A stretch of DNA of 64,000 nt from a virus. Below are positions 59,012-64,000 of this stretch, one piece after another; within the stretch, counting starts at the first letter, position 1, and each line of letters begins with the position of its first letter. Under the pieces are notes generated by a model. That model did no database searches. It saw only the letters and a program-made list of their open reading frames with translations, and was not told where the DNA came from. The stretch lies in the IMG/VR virus record IMGVR_UViG_3300020472_000019, positions 6,672-70,671 of that record; one strand, written 5' to 3'. The position numbers and the translations under genes are program-made.

Positions 59012-59637
59012 TGGGAAGAGCGATAGATTTATTTGTAACATACAGATTTATAAAATTATTGGTCACACCTTTTGAAAAGACCGAAGCCTATAAATTAGGT
59101 ATTATTGATAAGAATGGAGCTAGGATTTTACCACCACCAGTACGAGGGGTGAAACAAACAAAACCAGCTCCGTTAATGACTTCTGCTGAAAAAAACGCAT
59201 ATACAATTCTTCACAAACTCGTATTCAATATCAAAAAAATATTTGGAAAAGTGCCTGGACTTAGAACTAAGTTGGGTACATATGCAGCCGCATTATTTCT
59301 TCTCAAGGATACATTTAAGGAATCAGTAGATGATCCAGATGTATTTGAAAAAGAGTTTATGAAGTATCTCAAAGAACAAGGTTATGAAATAGATAATACT
59401 TTTTCTGAAAGTGTTATCGGTTTTGGAGAAGTTCTTCCTAAAGGAGAATATACATTAGTTAATGATATTCTAAATAAAGAAGAAGAAGAATTAAGATCAA
59501 AAAAAGGAGACAAGGTTATAGCTTACGAAGATGAAGCACCTGTAGATACAGTTTTGGGTGTAGATATTTTCCCTGTTATCCATGTTAAATCACAAGAAAA
59601 AATTTACGTAAGTTTGGAGGATTTAGATGAAGCTTAA
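59011..59637 (+). CDS. Conserved T4-like hypothetical protein
   Basis: YRFIKLLVTPF...AYKLGIIDKNG motif. Confidence 0.72.
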   Translation: MGRAIDLFVTYRFIKLLVTPFEKTEAYKLGIIDKNGARILPPPVRGVKQTKPAPLMTSAEKNAYTILHKLVFNIKKIFGKVPGLRTKLGTYAAALFLLKDTFKESVDDPDVFEKEFMKYLKEQGYEIDNTFSESVIGFGEVLPKGEYTLVNDILNKEEEELRSKKGDKVIAYEDEAPVDTVLGVDIFPVIHVKSQEKIYVSLEDLDEA

Positions 59638-60142
59638 ATGGAAAAGTGTTTCACCTCATAGTGGAGAAGAGATTGAAGAAGATGCACCAACAAATGCTGT
59701 TGCTCAAGGTGCTGTTGATATGAATCCTAATGGTGGCCCAAAAAAGAAAAAAGACTACGATGGTAGAACAAAATCATATAGAGAACATCGTAAAAAACTT
59801 GAAGCATCTAGAGTTGCTAGAGTTAAAAAAATTGAATCTCAAAGAAAGAGTAAATTCATAGAAAGTGTAAAAAATAGTTTATTAGAAAAATATGATATTT
59901 ACCATAAAGATTATTCTTCTGCTGTTCAACACGCTTTATCTCAAGTTAAGAAACAGGGTTATGAAGTAGATCAAGATGATTTCCATAACAAAGTTACTAC
60001 TGGGCCCAAGAAACCTTCTTCTGGTAAAACTAACTCTTTTAGTATCATGTTAACCAAAGCTGGTAAGCCTCAAAGAAAGGCCTTACAAATGCAGATTTAC
60101 AATACAGGTAAATCTTATGAGTTGAATATGTATATTCAATGA
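59627..60142 (+). CDS. Hypothetical modular protein
   Basis: EEDAPTN motif; second module after LLE ending YELNMYI. Confidence 0.6.
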   Translation: MKLKWKSVSPHSGEEIEEDAPTNAVAQGAVDMNPNGGPKKKKDYDGRTKSYREHRKKLEASRVARVKKIESQRKSKFIESVKNSLLEKYDIYHKDYSSAVQHALSQVKKQGYEVDQDDFHNKVTTGPKKPSSGKTNSFSIMLTKAGKPQRKALQMQIYNTGKSYELNMYIQ

Positions 60143-60203
60143 TTGACTATATATTATATAGTTTTATGGTTAAATACATAGACATAGTAACAATGGGGAT
60201 TAT

Positions 60204-60593
60204 ATGCTAAAAGTTTATATACTTATAGTTGTTGTTGGACTTGTAGGTGGTGTTGTCTATGGTGGATGGTACTACTACAAGGATACACAAGCACGTATTC
60301 AGACGTTGACAGAGAATAGTGCAAAACTTGAACAAGCTGCAGAATTACAGAATAACACAATTGCAACACTTGAAGCTGATGCAAAGAAATTTGCTAAACT
60401 AAATAATCAACTGCAAACAAAACTAGAAAAAGCAAATGAATATAAAAATAACTTAATAGATAGATTAAGAAAACATGACCTTGCAAAATTAAGTCAACAA
60501 AAGCCAGGTCTAGTGGAAAAGAAGATAAACAATGGTACTCAAAGATTATTGGAAGAGTTTGAGTCTATTACTGCTGTGCCTGATATTAAGTAG
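60204..60593 (+). CDS. Inner-membrane spanin (Rz-like)
   Basis: N-terminal transmembrane helix plus coiled coil; overlaps a lipoprotein gene. Confidence 0.75.
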   Translation: MLKVYILIVVVGLVGGVVYGGWYYYKDTQARIQTLTENSAKLEQAAELQNNTIATLEADAKKFAKLNNQLQTKLEKANEYKNNLIDRLRKHDLAKLSQQKPGLVEKKINNGTQRLLEEFESITAVPDIK

Positions 60594-60918
60594 TTGTAGT
60601 TCTTGGCCAGAACTAAAACAAATTGAAGTTAAAACAGTAGAAGTAGAACGAAATATACCCATACAGAATCGTCCAAGACAATTGGATATGAGTTCTATTA
60701 AATGGTATGTGGTAACTCCAGAGAATTTTGAGGACTTTAAAAAAAGGTTTACTGATGAAAACGGAGATTTGGTTGGATATGTGTTAAGTGTGAGAGACTA
60801 TGAAACTCTTGCATTAAATATGGCAGAAATTAAAAGGTATATAGAACAACAAAAAGAAATTATTATATATTATGAAGAAGCTGTAAAACCAAGAAAAAAA
60901 GAAGAGGAAGAAAAATAA
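60532..60918 (+). CDS. Outer-membrane spanin (Rz1-like lipoprotein)
   Basis: Signal peptide with lipobox LSSC; overlaps the i-spanin 3' end. Confidence 0.75.
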   Translation: MVLKDYWKSLSLLLLCLILSSCSSWPELKQIEVKTVEVERNIPIQNRPRQLDMSSIKWYVVTPENFEDFKKRFTDENGDLVGYVLSVRDYETLALNMAEIKRYIEQQKEIIIYYEEAVKPRKKEEEEK

Positions 60919-61391
60919 TGGGAAAATTTAATGGAAAAATTACTGCTGAATTTACACCACCTAGAACTTGGGTTTTAGATAAAGCTTTATCTTTTGAAAG
61001 TGATGAATTAAATGATGCTGATATACAAGTACTTAAAATTATTGGAGTAAATATTACTGATACTGGTAAGGGTAAAGGTAAAATTACTTGTAAAAAAGGT
61101 ATGAAAACAGATTTAGCTTCTACACCACGAGCTGTATGGGGGTTAATTGCTCCTTGGGATGTTGCTCGTGCAGCTATTATACACGATCACCTGTATGCAG
61201 CTTTACGAACTTATTACCATACAGGATCTCCATTTGACAAAAGTTTGTGGAAAGAAGGAAGAAGGTTAGCAGATTTTATTTTTCTATTAGGAATGGAATC
61301 AGCTGAACCATCTGTTCCTAAATGGAAGATATATCCAGCATATTGGGCTGTTCGTGCGTTTGGGAGATGGCCTGCTTCGGCTAATGTATAG
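60918..61391 (+). CDS. DUF1353-family protein
   Basis: G..TDLASTPR, AAIIHDHLY, AD.IF and AVR.FG motifs. Confidence 0.85.
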   Translation: MGKFNGKITAEFTPPRTWVLDKALSFESDELNDADIQVLKIIGVNITDTGKGKGKITCKKGMKTDLASTPRAVWGLIAPWDVARAAIIHDHLYAALRTYYHTGSPFDKSLWKEGRRLADFIFLLGMESAEPSVPKWKIYPAYWAVRAFGRWPASANV

Positions 61392-61568
61392 ATGGCTGAA
61401 TGGTTTTATTATAACTATAATAAATGTCAAAATTGCGGCCATGAATCTCATTGTGGTGTTCCTTTAATGAAAGATATTAATAATGATTGGGATAAACGTC
61501 TTGGTCAAATAGAAGTTTGTAAACACTGTAGATGCTATAATTGCTCTACTAAAACAGATTGGGGATAA
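61392..61568 (+). CDS. Small Cys/His-rich Zn-finger-like protein (58 aa), not in the ORF track
   Basis: MAEWFYYNYNKCQNCGHESHCG...EVCKHCRCYNCSTKTDWG; abuts the upstream stop codon. Confidence 0.7.
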   Translation: MAEWFYYNYNKCQNCGHESHCGVPLMKDINNDWDKRLGQIEVCKHCRCYNCSTKTDWG

Positions 61569-61570
61569 AA

Positions 61571-61663
61571 ATGGCTTGTACTAACGAAGAATGTAAAAAT
61601 CCAGATTGCACTTGTGACCCTTGTGAATGTACTGAAAAAAATCAGTGTGTATGTTGTAAATAA
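61571..61663 (+). CDS. Metallothionein-like peptide (30 aa, 9 Cys), not in the ORF track
   Basis: MACTNEECKNPDCTCDPCECTEKNQCVCCK; GGGGA RBS; TAATG coupling to the next gene. Confidence 0.7.
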   Translation: MACTNEECKNPDCTCDPCECTEKNQCVCCK

Positions 61664-61920
61664 TGTGGTTTTGGGCAATATCTGCAATAGCAGGAAGTAT
61701 TTTAGGAAGCGCAACCGATAGTTGGTTTTCACAAACCAAACTAGGTATGTGGTTCTATAAGAAGATTGACGATGTTTCAACATGGGCTTCTAAGAAACTG
61801 GGTTTGAAGGTATTACAAGATGAAGAAAATTGGAAGAAAAAATATCCTAATGTAAGTCGGAAAATTGAAGAATTAGAAGCAAGATTAAAGAAACTAGAAG
61901 GAGAAACAGATGATAAGTAA
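61663..61920 (+). CDS. Hypothetical membrane-associated protein
   Basis: Hydrophobic N-terminus and C-terminal coiled coil. Confidence 0.6.
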   Translation: MWFWAISAIAGSILGSATDSWFSQTKLGMWFYKKIDDVSTWASKKLGLKVLQDEENWKKKYPNVSRKIEELEARLKKLEGETDDK

Positions 61921-62092
61921 TTGGATATCTGGACGGATCAAAGAAGCATCCAGCCATCAAGGAGCAATCGTTGCAGCTGCAGCTATTGCTGTTATTTGGT
62001 TTGCTATTCCCCTAACAAAAGTAATTATTTGGGGAGCCCTTGCTTGGGGAATTTGGTCTATGTTAAGAAAAGAAGACCCTAAAGGGAACTAA
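61910..62092 (+). CDS. Small two-TM protein, holin candidate
   Basis: R.KEASS..G followed by two hydrophobic segments and a charged tail; near the spanins. Confidence 0.5.
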   Translation: MISNWISGRIKEASSHQGAIVAAAAIAVIWFAIPLTKVIIWGALAWGIWSMLRKEDPKGN

Positions 62093-62093
62093 A

Positions 62094-62525
62094 ATGTCAG
62101 AGTTGGAAACAGAGGTTAAATTACTCAAAAGAGATATTGAGGATACTAAAGCTATACATGGTAGACTTGATGTAGCTATTGATAAATTAACTGATGTTTC
62201 CAATTCTATTCATCGTATGCTCGCTGTCCATGAAGAAAAACTCGCAAGACAAGAAGAAGCAAGTATAGACCTAGAAAAACAAATAGAAACTCGTAGAACA
62301 GAATTACTTAATAAGATAGATGATTTACATTCAAGAATTACTACTAACACTAAAGATATTATGGTTTCTGCAAGAGAACAACATGAATTACAAAATAAAG
62401 AAATACAAAAATTGAGAGATGATGTTAGTGCAAGAGTGGGTGTTTTAGAGAAATGGAGACACGTACTTATTGGTGGATCAATAGTAATTGGATTTTTATT
62501 ACATAAATTTATGGAGTTCTCTTGA
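62094..62525 (+). CDS. Conserved coiled-coil protein with C-terminal TM helix
   Basis: RLD.AIDKL, MLAVHEEKL and LEKWR motifs plus a hydrophobic tail. Confidence 0.7.
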   Translation: MSELETEVKLLKRDIEDTKAIHGRLDVAIDKLTDVSNSIHRMLAVHEEKLARQEEASIDLEKQIETRRTELLNKIDDLHSRITTNTKDIMVSAREQHELQNKEIQKLRDDVSARVGVLEKWRHVLIGGSIVIGFLLHKFMEFS

Positions 62526-62557
62526 CAAATTGATTTAAATAGGTTATATTATGTACT

Positions 62558-63556
62558 ATGCAATCTTATATTGATGTAAAATTTGTGAATCTCATATCAC
62601 CCTATCTCCAACAATTTAAGAAGAAGGGTGATTTTTTATGGAATTTTCGTTGTCCTTATTGTGGTGATTCTAAGAAGAATCGTACCAAGGCTAGAGGATT
62701 CGTATTTCGTAAGAAGAATGATCTTTTTTATAAATGTCATAATTGTGGAGTCGGTGCTACCCTTGGTAATCTTATTAAAGAGGTAGACTCTAAAACTTAT
62801 GATGACTATATATTAGAACGATATAAAAGTGGCAGTCAAAACAACACGCCCAAACCAGAGTTTAAATTTGATGTTCCAATCTTTCGTAAAAAGGGTATTC
62901 TCAAAGACCTCAAATCATTCACAGATTTACCAGAAGAACACCCTGCCAGAAAAATTGTTGAAGAACGTCTTATACCAAAAGAACATTGGGGCGATTTGTA
63001 CCTTTGTGATCTATTCTATAAATTCACAAATACATTAATACCAAACAAGTTTCCTTCCTTGGATGGAGATCACCCAAGGTTGTTGATACCGTTTAGAGAT
63101 GAAAAAGGAGAGATATTTGCATATCAAGGAAGGGCATTTGGAAAAGAACAACCAAAATATTTAACCATTAAACTTGAAGAAAGAGATAAGATTTTTGGTT
63201 TAAATAGGGTTGATAAAAGTAAACACGTTTATGTGGTTGAAGGGCCCATAGACAGTTTATTCTTAGATAATTGTATTGCAATTGCTGGAGCAGATGTTCC
63301 TAATTTAGATTGTGACTTTACAGTTGTCTTTGATAATGAACCTAGAAATAGAGAATTATTAAAACAGATTAAAAAGACTATAGATAAAGGACATAAAATT
63401 TGTTTATGGCCTAAAACTATAAAATATAAAGATATTAACGATATGGTTATCGCTGGTTATAATAAAGAAGAAATAAAAGAAATAATAAACGATAACTCAT
63501 TTAGTGGTGCAACGGCACAACTTAAATTTACCGAATGGAGAAGAATAAATGCCTAA
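62558..63556 (+). CDS. gp61: DNA primase gp61
   Basis: RCPYCGDS and CHNC zinc finger; YQGR; TOPRIM motifs VEGPIDS, DNEPRN and KDIND. Confidence 0.96.
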   Translation: MQSYIDVKFVNLISPYLQQFKKKGDFLWNFRCPYCGDSKKNRTKARGFVFRKKNDLFYKCHNCGVGATLGNLIKEVDSKTYDDYILERYKSGSQNNTPKPEFKFDVPIFRKKGILKDLKSFTDLPEEHPARKIVEERLIPKEHWGDLYLCDLFYKFTNTLIPNKFPSLDGDHPRLLIPFRDEKGEIFAYQGRAFGKEQPKYLTIKLEERDKIFGLNRVDKSKHVYVVEGPIDSLFLDNCIAIAGADVPNLDCDFTVVFDNEPRNRELLKQIKKTIDKGHKICLWPKTIKYKDINDMVIAGYNKEEIKEIINDNSFSGATAQLKFTEWRRINA

Positions 63557-64000
63557 CAACTATTTACCAACATCTTATCAAGAATTTATACATCTATCTA
63601 GATATTCTAGATGGTTGCCTGATAAAAATCGTAGAGAAACGTGGGATGAAACGGTATCTAGATATTTTGATTTCTTTAAAGAACACTTAAAAGAAATGCA
63701 TAATTTTAATTTAAGTGATAATCTAAGAAAAGAGTTAGAAGAAGCTGTACTTGATTTAAAAGTAATGCCATCAATGCGTTGTCTTATGACCGCTGGTGAA
63801 GCATTAAAACGTGAGAATATTGCTGGATATAACTGTTCTTATGTTGCAGTAAATCGTGTTCATGCATTTGATGAAATTTTGTATGTTCTTATGAATGGAA
63901 CTGGTGTAGGATTTAGTGTAGAACGTCAGCACGTTGGTCAATTACCTATTATTGCAGATGAATTTCATCATACCGAAACTACTATCACTGTTGCAGATTC
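63549..64000 (+). CDS. nrdJ: Class II (adenosylcobalamin-dependent) ribonucleotide reductase, 3' truncated
   Basis: Read from sequence: MPNNYLPTSYQEFIHLSRYSRW...RRETWDETV, VMPSMR, YNCSY and LMNGTGVGFSVE; frame is open to the window end. Confidence 0.85.
   Translation, partial: MPNNYLPTSYQEFIHLSRYSRWLPDKNRRETWDETVSRYFDFFKEHLKEMHNFNLSDNLRKELEEAVLDLKVMPSMRCLMTAGEALKRENIAGYNCSYVAVNRVHAFDEILYVLMNGTGVGFSVERQHVGQLPIIADEFHHTETTITVAD

Noticed and set aside
60139-60210. 23-codon ORF MIDYILYSFMVKYIDIVTMGIIC upstream of the i-spanin
   Set aside because: Overlaps both neighbours plausibly but has no clear RBS or motif; too short to support.
137-63038. Many short antisense or alternate-frame ORFs in the track (e.g. 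23214-23669, 23813-24406, 38278-38724, 39964-40530, 53889-54344)
   Set aside because: They lie within or across well-supported genes, lack RBS or motifs, and reflect codon bias of the real strand.
1-64000. tRNA or rRNA genes, introns, inteins, integrase, alternative genetic code
   Set aside because: No cloverleaf or rRNA-like segment was seen in the short intergenic gaps. gp17, gp20, gp23, gp41 and gp43 are uninterrupted and of normal size in the standard code.

Overview
A 64-kb, AT-rich, gene-dense segment of a large T4-like myovirus of the marine type. The host is not identifiable from this window. In order it carries: the neck-terminase-tail-head module (gp14 to gp23, then gp3); recombination and late-transcription genes (uvsY, uvsW, gp55, gp47, gp46); an accessory island (Mom-like enzyme, nuclease plus methyltransferase, peptide deformylase, VWA/MoxR pair, Hsp20); an inverted 5-gene radical-SAM/hydroxylase cassette; the replisome (gp45, gp44, gp62, regA, gp43, uvsX, gp41, gp61); a late-expressed block of probable internal-head proteins; lysis genes; and the start of a class II ribonucleotide reductase. 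Main observations: (1) Several enzymes start with a T4 IP-like capsid-targeting peptide, suggesting an injected enzyme toolkit, partly as gp21-cleaved polyproteins. They include an RNA-ligase-like protein, an HxGH nucleotidyltransferase, a HAD phosphatase, an HExxH peptidase and a RimK-protease fusion. (2) Three DNA-modifying or cutting enzymes end in the same LExF-hydrophobic clamp-binding motif as gp43 and gp55. (3) Three promoters have GATCWT as the -10 hexamer. (4) Two intergenic RNAs can form pseudoknots. (5) There is an unannotated 30-aa, 9-Cys metallothionein-like ORF. No tRNA, rRNA or CRISPR array was seen. All calls come from motif and synteny recognition by eye, not database searches.
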